Source: Rhizodiscina lignyota
Taxonomy: Eukaryota
Direction of reading: 5' to 3'
Assembly (NCBI GenBank): GCA_010015805.1
Contig: ML978126.1
Span: forward strand, 1,984,001 to 2,048,000
DNA length: 64,000 nt
The translations under genes were made by a program, and so were the position numbers. Of the stretch, positions 11,146 through 23,013 are shown in pieces (the stretch's first letter is position 1; every line of letters starts with the position of its first letter). The notes under the pieces are model-generated. The model worked only from the letters and a program-made list of their open reading frames with translations. It made no database searches and was not told the DNA's origin.

Positions 11146-12782
11146 ATGGAGCATCACATCTACGATGTCCTCGTCATCGGCGCCGGCCCATGTGGCCTGG
11201 CCGTCGCCGCGCGACTTTGCGAACGTACGCCGAGTGCACTCTTCACCGACGATGAGCACCGCCGATACCACTGGATCCAACGGCATTCGGGGCGCATGTC
11301 AATCATGAATCGGAAGAATGGAATGGTCGCAAAGGCTCGTCGGCCATTTAAACAGCCGTACTCAGTGCTTGTTCTGGATGCCGAAGGGGACGAATGGCTG
11401 TCTAGGTGGAATCGGCTATTCAAGTTGTTCGAAATAAAGACCCTGAGAAGCCCCATGTTCTTCCATGTCGACCCAAAAGACAGAGATGCGTTGCTGGAAT
11501 TTGCGCACCAGGAGGGCAGGCAGGCTGAGTGTGACGAGATCACTGGGTGCGTGGGAAAGGAAAGGAGTGGGCATCAAAAGAAAAAGGAGAGGAAACGCAC
11601 TGGGTAAGAAGAGTCTTGGAATTATGGAGCAAGTCAGTTGACAGTTAGAGACCGAGAGAACCCACAGTGGAAGAAAGAGACCGCAAAGACTACTTCACGC
11701 CATCGAGAAAGCTCTTTGCTGACCAATGCAAGCGTATAGTCCATAATTACTGTTTAGACGATGGCCTTGTCAAACAAGAGATAGTCGAAGACCTGGACTA
11801 CACGGACTGCGAGGACGAGCACGGCGAACGTCTCTTCATCGTCCGCACCAATAAACAAATTCACAGAGCTCGAATCGTTGTGCTTGCCATTGGGCCAGGC
11901 AATCCCCCGCGTATTCCTGGTTTGCTTCCCACGGAGCGGATCCAAGGAGCATGCCATGCCATGCAAGCACGAGAATTTCCTGATCCTGTGCTGAAGGCAA
12001 AGATAGAGCAGCGCCACACCACAAATGTTCTTGTTGTAGGCGGAGGACTGACGTCTGCGCAAATAACGGACCTGGCCCTGAGGTGCGGCGTCACCAAGGT
12101 GTGGCACGTGCTGCGCAGTCAGTTGAAAGTCAAGCCGTTTGACCTGAACCTTGAGTGGCTGGGCAAATTTCGAAACTTTGAGCAAGCTAGCTTCTGGTCC
12201 GCAAACAGCGACGAAGAGCGGCTGCAGCATATCCAAGCTGCGCGGAATGGCGGCAGCATCACACCAAAGTATCACAAGATTCTCAAATCCCACATGGCCC
12301 GAGGCAAGCTAAGCCTCGTCACCAATACTACCGTCAAGTCGAGAACGTGGGATCCAGAAACCAAGACGTGGCAGGTACAGACTAAGCCGCACATCGATTT
12401 GCCACCGCTGGACTACATCTACTACGCGACTGGTATACAAACAGACATCGACGCCTTGCCGTGGCTGCAGACGATGCAAAGCAAGTATCCCATTCAGTGC
12501 CGTGGGGGACTGCCGTGTATCAATGACGATTTGATGTGGAACAGTCACGTTCCCCTTTTCGTCTCCGGACGACTTGGAGCTCTTAAGATTGGGCCTGGAG
12601 CAGCTAACTTGGCTGGAGCACGATCTGGTGCTGAGAGGATTGCGTGGTCCATTGCAGATATTCTCGGTGAAGATGAAAAGGGTGCGCAGGATGCGAATAT
12701 GTATCGGTTGGGGATCGGCAGTCGGTACGCGGCTCTAGATCCCTCACCTGAGGCAGAGAGTGAGTCTGAGTTTGATGGGTGA
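11146..12782 (+). CDS. FAD/NAD(P)-dependent oxidoreductase with two dinucleotide-binding motifs (N-hydroxylase/class B monooxygenase-like)
   Basis: DVLVIGAGPCG, LRSPMFFHVDP, VLVVGGGLTSAQ, YYATG and GPGAANLAGAR; one intron from 11604 with an ambiguous acceptor at ~11648-11650. Confidence 0.85.
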
Positions 12783-13438
12783 TTGCCAAAGGTACATGCA
12801 TAGAGCAACCAGTGTGGAAGGGTAGCTATGAGAGACAGGGGAAGCTGGCTCCTTCGTACTCTAAACCGGAAAGGGCACGATTAGAGTATCATGTGAGCAG
12901 TGTTGCACAGTAGACCAGCCGAAATTGAAAATTACAGGGCTCATATACAACGCGCAGATTTTCATAACGTTTTCAGCTGGACATTGATAAATATATACAA
13001 CTGGGAAGTATTCAATGATGATACAAAACGGAAATTTTGTGTTGGCGTGATTACTCCGCCGGTGGGATTACCCCTTCCCTCCACTTGTGGAGTACATGCC
13101 TATTCCTTACGAAGTTGCGAGCAAACAATCCAATTTCCGGATAATGTTTGACCACGTCATCGTAAGAAGAAAACTGGGACCGGCCCGTTCGCAAGCTCGC
13201 ACGGTTCGAATGCTGACTAGCCTATCTAGTCTAAAAACCGAGCTTGTAACCTCAACTTCCAGGTGCGACTGTGCAACCTCAAGTTCCAAGGTATTTCGTT
13301 CGGTGTCGATCACGACACACATATGAGCGAAGCCAACCGCCGGTCGCCGTATACCAGATCCGGGGTTGATACAGTAGCTTTTGAGATCTCTCAACAGCAC
13401 AAAGTGAAAATGAAAATTGGAACCGTCAGACGACTTTC

Positions 13439-15038
13439 TCAACCAACGTCGACCGGAGGATGTATCGTATCGGGTGTGTCGCCAGGCGTGAAATCCGACT
13501 TCCAGGACAATAACATCGGATAGCCACAGTATCCACCTGGTTTTGCCGTATCCGTCACCGACTCCCAGTGTCCGAATTCTGGGATGCTCTTGATGCCCGG
13601 TGAGACTGCGGTATCATTTACGGGACCGTCAAAAACCCAAGTGCGGTGGGTCACTACTTCACCAGGACTCTCCAGTTGACGTGTGTTTGACCCAGGAAAT
13701 CCCCGTACCGTATCGGCCACAAAGTGTCCAAGTGCAAAGAGCTGCTCAAAGTGGAGAACGAAGTCGAGCCACGAGAATGTGGTCGTGTCGTAAGCGACTC
13801 GAACATACGGATTCACGTAGATACCCGAATCCCTACCAAGCGCTGTCTCATGGGCCCGCTCCATCAGGTCAGCATGGATGAGGCAGCACTCAGATGCATC
13901 CCAGAATAGTTCCGGTTCGGCGCGGAATCGCAGCGGTTCGAGGTCCTTTGTAGAGTGCTGCGACTGGAACCATTCAGCTTCAAAGGCGACCATTCCGCCC
14001 CAACAGCTCTGTACGCGCACAGCATCAGAACCACTCATCACGTCACTCCAGCTTTCGGCTCGGCCGGCGGTCGTAAACCAAGGGAAGAAGGGTAATCCAA
14101 CTCGATAACCTTCGTTGTCGCGCAACGCGAATCTGTCGTAGAATTTGAAAGGGTTGCCAAAGTCCACGGCACAAGCAGCATGATAATCGGTACGGCCGTC
14201 TGGGCCAATATTGGTGGAAAAGAGTAAGTCTGCTGCATTCGAAGGGGAAAAGACGATGTCATTTAAGAAGAGAAGCTTGTCAAAGTGACGATTCGTGCTG
14301 TTGAAGTCCGGAGAATGTTCGGCCTGAGTTTGATCGAGGGGTCTCAGTGCTTGGTTCCGGACATGCGCCAGGTACGCTATCCGCTTGATTCGCTGTTCAC
14401 CTGGCAATATTTGAATCGTAGGAAAGGTATCCAAATCGACGTGTCCAGAAACAATAGAATAGTCGCCTTTGGCTTGTCAGCAATGCAAAACTACTTCCGG
14501 CCTCGTCGAACGACTTACACTGGACCTTATCAGCCAGCTCCTGCAGGGCTTTTGCAGTTTCGGGACCACTGTCATTCTCGTAGATGCTCAAGAACGCATT
14601 CTCTGGCCCAATCCTGTCGATAAGCTCCAGAACAGACTGGCCCCAGCTGTCCCGAACCAGCTCCCCGTTGATGATGTTGGCCGCGATAAAGACTGTTTCG
14701 TTGGATGGATTCAATCCGGAGTAGTGAGACGGCCGCTCGGAGTAAACACTGAAGAACGGCGCGGAAGCGAACAGTGTAATGAAAAAAATCAACACAATGA
14801 ACCCTAATCTTTTGTATATCCGGCTTTTGTTGCGCCGGCCGGTAACTTGATGAATGGAGGCATTTCCGAATGCCGAGTGCAAGTGGTTAAGGAGCCACGA
14901 TGTCGACGTGTAGTGTTTATCGGAATCAGCCAAAGTCGCGTTGAAGTCCTCGATGTCGAATTCCAAGAGCTCTGGAACTAGAGGATCCGCAGTTTCGAGT
15001 GATTCCCTCGCCAGGCGTTGATAGTCATATCGCGGCAT
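13439..15038 (-). CDS. CAP59-like alpha-1,3-mannosyltransferase (GT69)
   Basis: Type II TM helix; FLSIYENDS, RIAYLAHVRNQALRPL, LFLNDI, ACAVDF, SCWGGMVAF, ASECCLIHAD and YVNPYVRVAY; intron 14467-14518. Confidence 0.9.
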
Positions 15039-16788
15039 GACCCTGACATTGGGCGAAACAAAGGAGGAGAAGAGAATGGAGGAAATGGGTAAGAACACAC
15101 AAACTACTTAAGACTCTCACATGAATGAATGCCAGGCGAAGAGTGAAAGAAACAGAGACACTATTAAACGCGCGTCGCGTGTAGCGGGCTCATTTCAGCC
15201 GCTTTCGCCTCGCGTTCGATTGTGTGGCGATACGGAGCGGGCTCCTAGGCCTGCGGCGAGTCAAGAGCCTTTATGAGGTAAAGAAAGCGCCAACGCGCCC
15301 CTAATGCGGGCCCACGTGGGTAATGAGCCGGGTAATTGGTGCGCAATGCCTCCTTATTTGTGCACAACGCAACCCAGCGTCATCGGGCCCGGGATGCGCA
15401 CCACCAGCCCGGCTTCACGCTGCGGACGAGGCGAGGGCCTCTTGCACGTGGATGATCATACCCGAGGATAGAGCAGATGCGATTCGCGACTGTTTGCAAG
15501 CGCCGCCCTTCCGCTGCGCTTTTGCTGGGCGTTCGCTGTGCAGCGTGCAAGCGACGCCCGGCTGACCTCCTGCCAAGCCGCTGCTCAGCCACCGCTCGAT
15601 CTCAGCACGGCGACTTGGCAGCAGAAGAACAAAGGGGGATCGAGCGCTGCTTTCTGCCGCATTTGGGTTGGCAATGCATCGATCATCGCCCGGCAGGACA
15701 TGAGCCGCACTCGAAAGTGCCAAATAGCAGCCAGCCGAGCAGCGCAAAGTGCGGCCGATGCGATGCGATATCGTATCTCTCTCCAGCTCCACCTGCCGCA
15801 ACATCTCCTTCTTCTGGCCCTAACCTTTGCCCCGCAGCGGCTGGGGGCCGGGGCCCCTGTCATGTTGGACCCTTGGGACCGCACTCAATTGCTGGGTACG
15901 AAGTGTTCTGCGCACACAGCACCTGGGCAATGCTCGCATTACACCTCCATGGCCGCTGCATTACGTGAGACGCTCTGCGTGAAATCCGCCAAGCCCATGC
16001 ACCTCTGCGGCGAAAGGGACATGCCCGTTTACGTTGATAGCATGTGCACTTCCCACCGCTGAAAGAGAGGTCCTGGTCTTTAGAAATCGTATATGGCGGT
16101 AAGTGTGTGACAGGTAGGGCGGTCGTGATGCATGTACCATTTCTTCTATTTGTCCTCTTGAGCAATTGATATTAAGTTACACACACAGGGCACGCTCCAA
16201 TTCTTTCGCCAAGATGGTGAATTGGAAGGTACGGAATGTGGTACAAGGAAGCCACCGAAGCGGAGCTGCGGTAAACTCTCTATGCCTTCCCCATCTCAAT
16301 CCAACTTCTTTGCTCTGCGCCCTGTTGCCATAAACAACTCTTCGTTCCGTGTTACTCTCCATTGAGACACCGGAAGTTCTTACAGACGCGTGTCGAACTC
16401 ACCGTCAACGAAATCAACTTGCACTTTGAAGTGGCTACGCGCTGGATATCGTACTCTGTACATCCAAGGAGAATACCCAATACACGACTACCACCCGAAC
16501 TCGGAGAAGAACGTACCGAAGCTTAAAGACATGGTGCAGATACGGAAGAAGCGATTCAGAGAGAGATGCACGACATCCAGCGAAGGCTCAAAGTGGACCA
16601 AACCTCTCCTAGCCTGAAGCCCAAGAAACGAGTAAAGCCCAGAACTACGAGGCTTCAGTGCAGCTATGTCCACAATGTAGAGCCATGGATCTTCACCCGG
16701 CATTCACACCACCGTTCGCTACCTGCTGCGTTGGCGTTCGCGCCCCTCGATAAGAGATCCTCACAAATGCGCTAATCCCGACAGGAAC

Positions 16789-18143
16789 ATGGAAAATAGT
16801 AACAATTCGTACTTTGGTGACGAATGTAGGACTCCATTGGAGGACGCATGCTCAAAGGGACACACTGAGATAGTGTCACTGCTCTCTAAAGTGGTTAAGG
16901 ACCAGAGCTCGATCGAACGAGCGTTGTCCATATCCATTACGAAAGGCCACATTAACGCAGTTGAAGAACTATTCCCTGCCCTTAAAATGCCACACAGGCA
17001 TCTTTGCCCCTTGATCTAGCTGTGGAGAAGGCCCAATTGCAAATTGCTCAGTTACTTTTAGCCAGAGGAATAAAAGTGACCTCAGAGGTAGTAGAGAGAG
17101 CACTTGTCAAAAGAGAGACGGATATAATTTGGACGCTTCTGGATTTCTCCCCATCTATCCCGGAGAGATGCTGGCGTCAGGCGGGAATGATCGGAGACCG
17201 AGATATCATCATGGTATTTCTTGCCAGAGAAGAGTCACTAAGAAAGCTCAATCAGCATATTGTCATAACCACGGTGTTGCAGAACCATTGTGTTACAGGT
17301 GCCGCATCTAAAGGTCATCTTAGTGTCGTCAAAATGCTGCTTGATCAGGGCATCGAAATCCATGGCGAGGCACTTAATTGCGCATGTCGATCTCGGCACA
17401 CAGAAGTTGTTCTCTTCTTGCTCTAAAGCGGCGCTGAAGCCAACTCTTCGGACATCACGACAGCATGTCAAGGTGGCTTCACTGACATAGTAAAACATCT
17501 CATTGACTTTGGAGCTAAGCCGATTTCTCAAACGCTACAGCACACGCATCGGAACACCTTCGAGTTTCCCCATCCCAATTTTTCGCATCTCCTGGAACAG
17601 GCGATACAGGACGAGAATGGAACGTATCTAATGACAAGGGCGTATTACAGTGGATTCGGAGCCATTGTCATCCGGCTAATGGAACGAGGGGTTCCATTAC
17701 CTTAGAAGCTTGCTGAAATTCTTCAACATGCTCAGATGACCTCGGAAAGCGAAGCTCAGCAGGCCGAAAGAACTTCAGAAGTCAATACAGAACTACACGA
17801 AGCAGCGACTCGAGGACATCATGAAATTGTGCAATTTCTCCTAGACCATGGCTTTGATCCGAACGTTGAAGGCACTTACCGAAAGAACCCACTACATCAA
17901 GCTTGTCAAAGCAATCAAAAAGAGGTAGTGCGAGTGCTTCTGAATGCCGGTGCCCATGTGAATGGCACGAGCGGCTCCAAACTTCGGAACCCTCTCGCCG
18001 TCTGCGGCGATTACCTCTACGGGTCTACTAACGACGAAATCAAAGGCATGCTTCGCGCGAGTGGCGCAGTCTCCTGCGAGTATAGAGATGGCTGGAGGGA
18101 AGTTCATGAGACAGGGAGAGTGTATAGGCGTGTAATGTCTTGA
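16789..18143 (+). pseudogene. Ankyrin-repeat protein pseudogene (may extend upstream to ~16450)
   Basis: Repeats TPLEDACSKGHTEIV, GAASKGHLSVVKMLL, LHEAATRGHHEIVQFLL and PLHQACQSNQKEVV; frameshift ~17008; in-frame TAA 17424-17426 and TAG 17703-17705. Confidence 0.75.
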
Positions 18144-18532
18144 TATGGAGTAGTTCCAGTGCCAAAAAGATATTTCTTGCTCACGAATCCAGCAGATGTT
18201 TAAATATCACCGCAAGAAGCATGTGTGATTGAGGCCCAGTGAAGATAAGAGTGACTGCCGTCAGGTTCTATTCGTGCGCATAAAGTAAAGGAATTGGCAT
18301 TGGGTTATCACAGAAAGCGCATCTAACAGCGAAAACTGAATCGACCGTCCCTCGCGCCAAATGCTATGCAGAGCGCATCGCCGCATTCCAAATGGAGCAC
18401 TTTTCCTTGTCCCGACCTGTCTACGATATGCTGCCGCCCGAGCGCACTGAGTACGACTCTGCAGCCCGGAAGTAGCATTGTATTTCGTTAAGCATATAGC
18501 ATCATCTCGTGTAATATACCTCATGTCCGAAT

Positions 18533-20063
18533 TTAGTCATCAGAGGGGTCCAGTGTAGTTCCCCTGAGCAATACACGTTAGCAACTCGAAGAACTCAATA
18601 GTCAGAGGATAACTCACGATACAATGTTGGCCCACCCGATCAACCGCCAGTGCTTATCGATTCTCCTGCTCAGCGCGACCTTTTCTCCCACCGCCGTGCA
18701 TGCCGGACTCGTCAAACTCAGCCGCGCGGCATCGGCCTTGACGGCTGTGACCTTTGCGCCTGTCGCGGTACTTCCGATGTTCACCATCAGCACTTCGTTC
18801 TTCGAGAGCTTCGCCACTTTCGCTTGCTTGCCATCCGCCGACTTAACACCCAGCAGCCGACGTAGTAGGAAGTAGTTGACTTCGAGCTCGATGTAGATGG
18901 ATGGAAGCTTGCCCTTCAGGCCAAGGACGTGACCGACCAGACGATCAGAGCGAGTGATCGTAGGGTCAATTTTCGTGCCGACTCCGATCAATCCACCCGG
19001 CACCGCGAACTTCAAATCGTTCCGCTCTGCGAACAGACTTATCACGCGGCTGTAAATCGGCTTGCACTTGATCTTCCCGTTTTCGTCCTTGTTGATGATA
19101 CCGGGCCGGATCTCAATCTCGTCGCCGAGCTTCAGTACACCTGTGAGGATACTGCCGCCCGCAACTCCGCCTTTCAGCTCGTCAATCTCGGCGCCGGGCT
19201 TGTTGACGTCGAAGGAGCGGATGACGATCATGTACGGCGAGTGGGTGAAGTCGCGCACGGGGACTGGGATCTTGGAGACGATGTTTTCGCAGATTGCGTC
19301 GATATTGAATTTGAGTTGGGCGGAGATGGGGATGATTGGGGAGCCATCTATAATCTGTTAGTCCATAAAAAGTGCCAAAAATAACATCCTAGCGCATGTG
19401 GAGTTGTAATGTTCGCCACATACCTGCAACTGTTCCTCTTATAAACTTGATGATGCTCTGGTGGTGTGTGTCCGCCGCATCCTCCCTCATCAAGTCCACC
19501 TTATTCTGCAGTATGATAATTTTATCCAGCTTCATAATCTCAATCGCCGCCAAGTGCTCCGACGTCTGCGGCTGCGGGCACGTTTCATTTCCCGCAATCA
19601 GCAGCAGCGCCGCGTCCATGACCGCGGCACCGGACAACATTGTGCTCATGAGAATGTCGTGGCCCGGACAGTCGACGAATGAGACGTGGAAGATGAGCTT
19701 GTACATGCCGCCGCATTCTTTTCTCTTACAGGGAAACTCGACGGGCTGGTCGCTGCCGGTGGATGTGTAGCACGTGGGCCGCGGGCACTCTGGGTTGTCG
19801 CATTTGTAGATTTTCGCGTTGGCGTAGCCCAGCTTGATGGTGATGTTGCGCTCGAGCTCGTTCTTGAAGCGGACAGTCTGCACGCCAGATATCGCCTTGA
19901 CGACGGTGGATTTTCCGTGGGCGACATGGCCGATTGTGCCTATGTTGATGGTGGCTTGACGGGCGATAATCTCGGGTGAGAGGGGTGTGAGGGTGGTGAG
20001 GTCGAGAGTCGAGGGTTCGGGCTGCTCTGGTAATAGCGAGCTCGCGGGCGCCGAGTTCTCCAT
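18533..20063 (-). CDS. GCD11: Translation initiation factor eIF2 gamma
   Basis: [28 protein letters not shown] and [12 protein letters not shown]; two introns. Confidence 0.97.
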
Positions 20064-20413
20064 GATTGCGGTGTTGAAGAAGTGAAGGAAACAGAGGTTT
20101 CGTGGATTTTATAGCCTTCTTTCTGCTTCTATGACTGTTTCGTGATTTCTTTGCCAGCAAATGACGCCGCCGCCATCAAAATGCTCGGCGAAACAATTAT
20201 CCGCAAAACTCCAGTCGCGGCGGCGGCTGCTGCACCAGAGGCGGAGGTGCGGTGCTAAGGAATGCGCGTGAACCCTGCAGCGCTTCACATGTCAGTGTCG
20301 TCTCTTCAACAACTCTGCCGATGACGCCCAACAGCACACGATAGCCCCGTAACCTCACCCTCCCCAATGCATCCTTCCCACTATCTACACCATTCCATAG
20401 CTGAGAAGCAGCA

Positions 20414-21598
20414 ATGACCGATTCACCGCCGCCGCTCCTCCGTCCACTACCACGCAGACCATTCGAGCTGTCCTCTTCAAGCTCGACTTCTCAATCTGAC
20501 TACATTGATCGTCCTGAGACCCCTACCCGAGAGGCGGGCGGAGAAGACGGAACGCAGGATGCCAGCAATGGCAACACAGGCGGGTATAGCAGAGGGAAGA
20601 AGAGCTTGGAAGAGCCCGAGAATTTCTCACGCTCAAAGTCACTGCTGAACCTCACCTCCTCGACGCTCTTCGGCATCTACGCTCCCACCGCGCTCGATAC
20701 CTCCTCGCAATCCCGCGACTCCGAGCCTGCAACGCCATGGGGCACAGGCGCAGAGACACCGGCCAGGACGGGCAGTCTCGACTTTGGACGAGCAGCATAC
20801 AACCTGAATGACCTGCATACCATAACCGAAGGAAAGGAGCGTCTACGCACAATCTCACAATCATCACCGGTGCGATCGCACAAGAGAGGAGTCCTACCAA
20901 CAATAGGACGCGTAACGGTCCTTTTCATCCTAGGCATTGGCTACGGTGCCCTCGTCTCCCACCTCCACGACAACTCGTCCATCTCTCCAATCCACATTGA
21001 AGGCATCGACCGTCACAGCTACACTTACGCTGTATTCTGGGGTCTCGCAGGCGTCGCTCTCGGCTTGCTGCTGCCTTTTCTCGACTCACTTTGGTGGCGT
21101 CGTAATCCATCCACATCCTCCTCATCACAGTTTGAAGAGCCCACGGCAGCAGACTGGTCAACCATCGTGCGTTCCATAGGCGCCTTTGTTGGCATCGCCT
21201 TCGCCATCCGCAAACTGCCCTGGCAGTCCACGCTACAGGTCTCACTGACACTAGCCCTCGCAAACCCAGCGCTGTGGTACCTTCTCGACCGCACGAAACC
21301 CGGTTTCGCACTATCTGCCTTAGTCGGCGCGTTCGGCACCGCTGCGCTGCTGCTTGTTAACCCGGCTCTGGTTGCGACTCCTGCGCACGTGACAAACGCG
21401 ACAATAGACCAGGAAATCGCTGTGAATGCGTTGGGGCTGGGAAGAGGGAGGAGTAGGCTCTGGCATCAGGGAGACGCAGAGCTCCTAGGTGGGTGGTTGA
21501 GCTATGAGAGTGTGGGCGTGGCGACGTGGATTGCGAGTGTGCTGTTTTGCTCGTGTATCTGCTTCGGTAATATTGGACGGAGGATGGGCGTTGTGTAA
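20414..21598 (+). CDS. INSIG-family ER membrane protein (Nsg1/Nsg2-like)
   Basis: SLLNLTSSTLFGIY, VRSIGAFVGIAFAIRKLPWQS, WYLLDRT and SVLFCSCICFGNIGR. Confidence 0.9.
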   Translation: MTDSPPPLLRPLPRRPFELSSSSSTSQSDYIDRPETPTREAGGEDGTQDASNGNTGGYSRGKKSLEEPENFSRSKSLLNLTSSTLFGIYAPTALDTSSQSRDSEPATPWGTGAETPARTGSLDFGRAAYNLNDLHTITEGKERLRTISQSSPVRSHKRGVLPTIGRVTVLFILGIGYGALVSHLHDNSSISPIHIEGIDRHSYTYAVFWGLAGVALGLLLPFLDSLWWRRNPSTSSSSQFEEPTAADWSTIVRSIGAFVGIAFAIRKLPWQSTLQVSLTLALANPALWYLLDRTKPGFALSALVGAFGTAALLLVNPALVATPAHVTNATIDQEIAVNALGLGRGRSRLWHQGDAELLGGWLSYESVGVATWIASVLFCSCICFGNIGRRMGVV

Positions 21599-22353
21599 TT
21601 GTTATGCTCATCGATTAACCGTCGAACTGCATAAAAAAAAGTTATTCATCGCATCGGAGGCACAGACTGCATAGCATGGACATTCGGAGAATAACTTCGA
21701 TTCTTGTCAGAATTGAATTGGATAGAGAGACGGAATTGTTGACGTGTATGGGAGGAACGAAAGATTTCGGCTTGGAGTATTCTTTGTATGAACTTTTTTT
21801 TGTTGATTCTGGCGCGTACAGCGCGCTAGCATTAAGTTGAGAAGCTTCCCAGGCCTGACTATTTGGCCAGCTTCTCAGGGACGTTATTCATATACAAAAT
21901 TGTAATCCTCTTCCCAACAGTGGGACTCCGAGTCCTGTACAGAGTTCTAATCACACAGAAGTATCCAATGAGAAAGGTTTGAAAAGTCTTCCAACGCATC
22001 CGATGGGCTGCCTCGGTCATGATAAAGCTTAGTCGTTCCATGAAATTAAACCCCAATGCTGTGGCCAGAGACGTAATAGATGAACCAAAGGAGTGTGGCT
22101 CCGGATATATGGAAAAACGCTAGTGATGCTCGGTTCGTAAGGCACGGCAGGGAAAGCAAAGCTGCCAGTGCAGGTCTAGTCGATGTGGTTGATAAAGTGC
22201 CAGATGTAGCGCTGTTGTCGGCTTCAAAGTGGTGAAAAAGGTGTATGCTCAAGTATGCACTGAAGAGAATGGTCAGCAAATAGAAGGGAGGTGAACATGA
22301 CCAGAGGGAACTTTACCAAACAGAAGAAAGGCGTGTTAGTGGGGAACCAATGT

Positions 22354-23013
22354 TCAGTCCTGATCGCCTATTGACTTTGTCTGGCCCTGACTAGCCCAGA
22401 CGCCTCCACCCACTGCCTTCGAGATACCAACACCAAGCCCAACAGCAGCACCACAGACCAGCAGAGCAATTACAATTTGCACGAGAATCTTCTGCTTCTT
22501 GTTGAGCCTGCCCCAGCAATTGCACATCTTGCACATCCGCTCCTTCTTCTTCGCCTCCTGGCGCTGCGCCTTCAGCGTCTTCTGACTCGGCCACATTTGA
22601 CACTCCTTGGTGACTTCGACGCTCGGTTTCTGACCTGCTGGAGTGGATTGTTGTGATAGAGGTGGTAGTTGTGCTTCGACATCGGCCTCAGTAACGAGCG
22701 TGCCATCTTTGGCGCCTTGAGCGAGAGTGGAGCGAAGCTGTTCGGCGGAACGACGTGCGGGAGGGTGCTCGTAGAAAGCAGAGAAGGGGTTGGCCGGGTC
22801 GTAGTCAGTTTTAGGTGATATTGGAGAATTTGTGTTTGTTCCAGCAGTGGAGGGACGCGAAGAATGGATGGATGGTACCATCATGGTGCTGCTGGCCTTG
22901 CTGTCACGCTCTATGATGGTGGAGAGATGCTGACGAGCTGGTGGAGCGAGAGGTGATTCTGGCTCAGGCTCAATTGTGGCGCCGAAAGTGACTTTTTCGT
23001 TTTCTCCGGACAT
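22354..23013 (-). CDS. Hypothetical protein with a single C-terminal TM helix
   Basis: 219-aa ORF; NPFSAFY and ECQMWP motifs, basic stretch, then TM ILVQIVIALLVCGAAVGLGVGISKAVGGGVW. Confidence 0.8.
   Translation of the reverse strand: MSGENEKVTFGATIEPEPESPLAPPARQHLSTIIERDSKASSTMMVPSIHSSRPSTAGTNTNSPISPKTDYDPANPFSAFYEHPPARRSAEQLRSTLAQGAKDGTLVTEADVEAQLPPLSQQSTPAGQKPSVEVTKECQMWPSQKTLKAQRQEAKKKERMCKMCNCWGRLNKKQKILVQIVIALLVCGAAVGLGVGISKAVGGGVWASQGQTKSIGDQD

Noticed and set aside
13200..13215. GGTTCGAAT resembling a tRNA T-loop (also ~24745)
   Set aside because: No paired T-stem or cloverleaf
15323..16165. Stack of overlapping ORFs on both strands
   Set aside because: GC-rich stop-poor region upstream of the CAP59-like gene; no protein motifs
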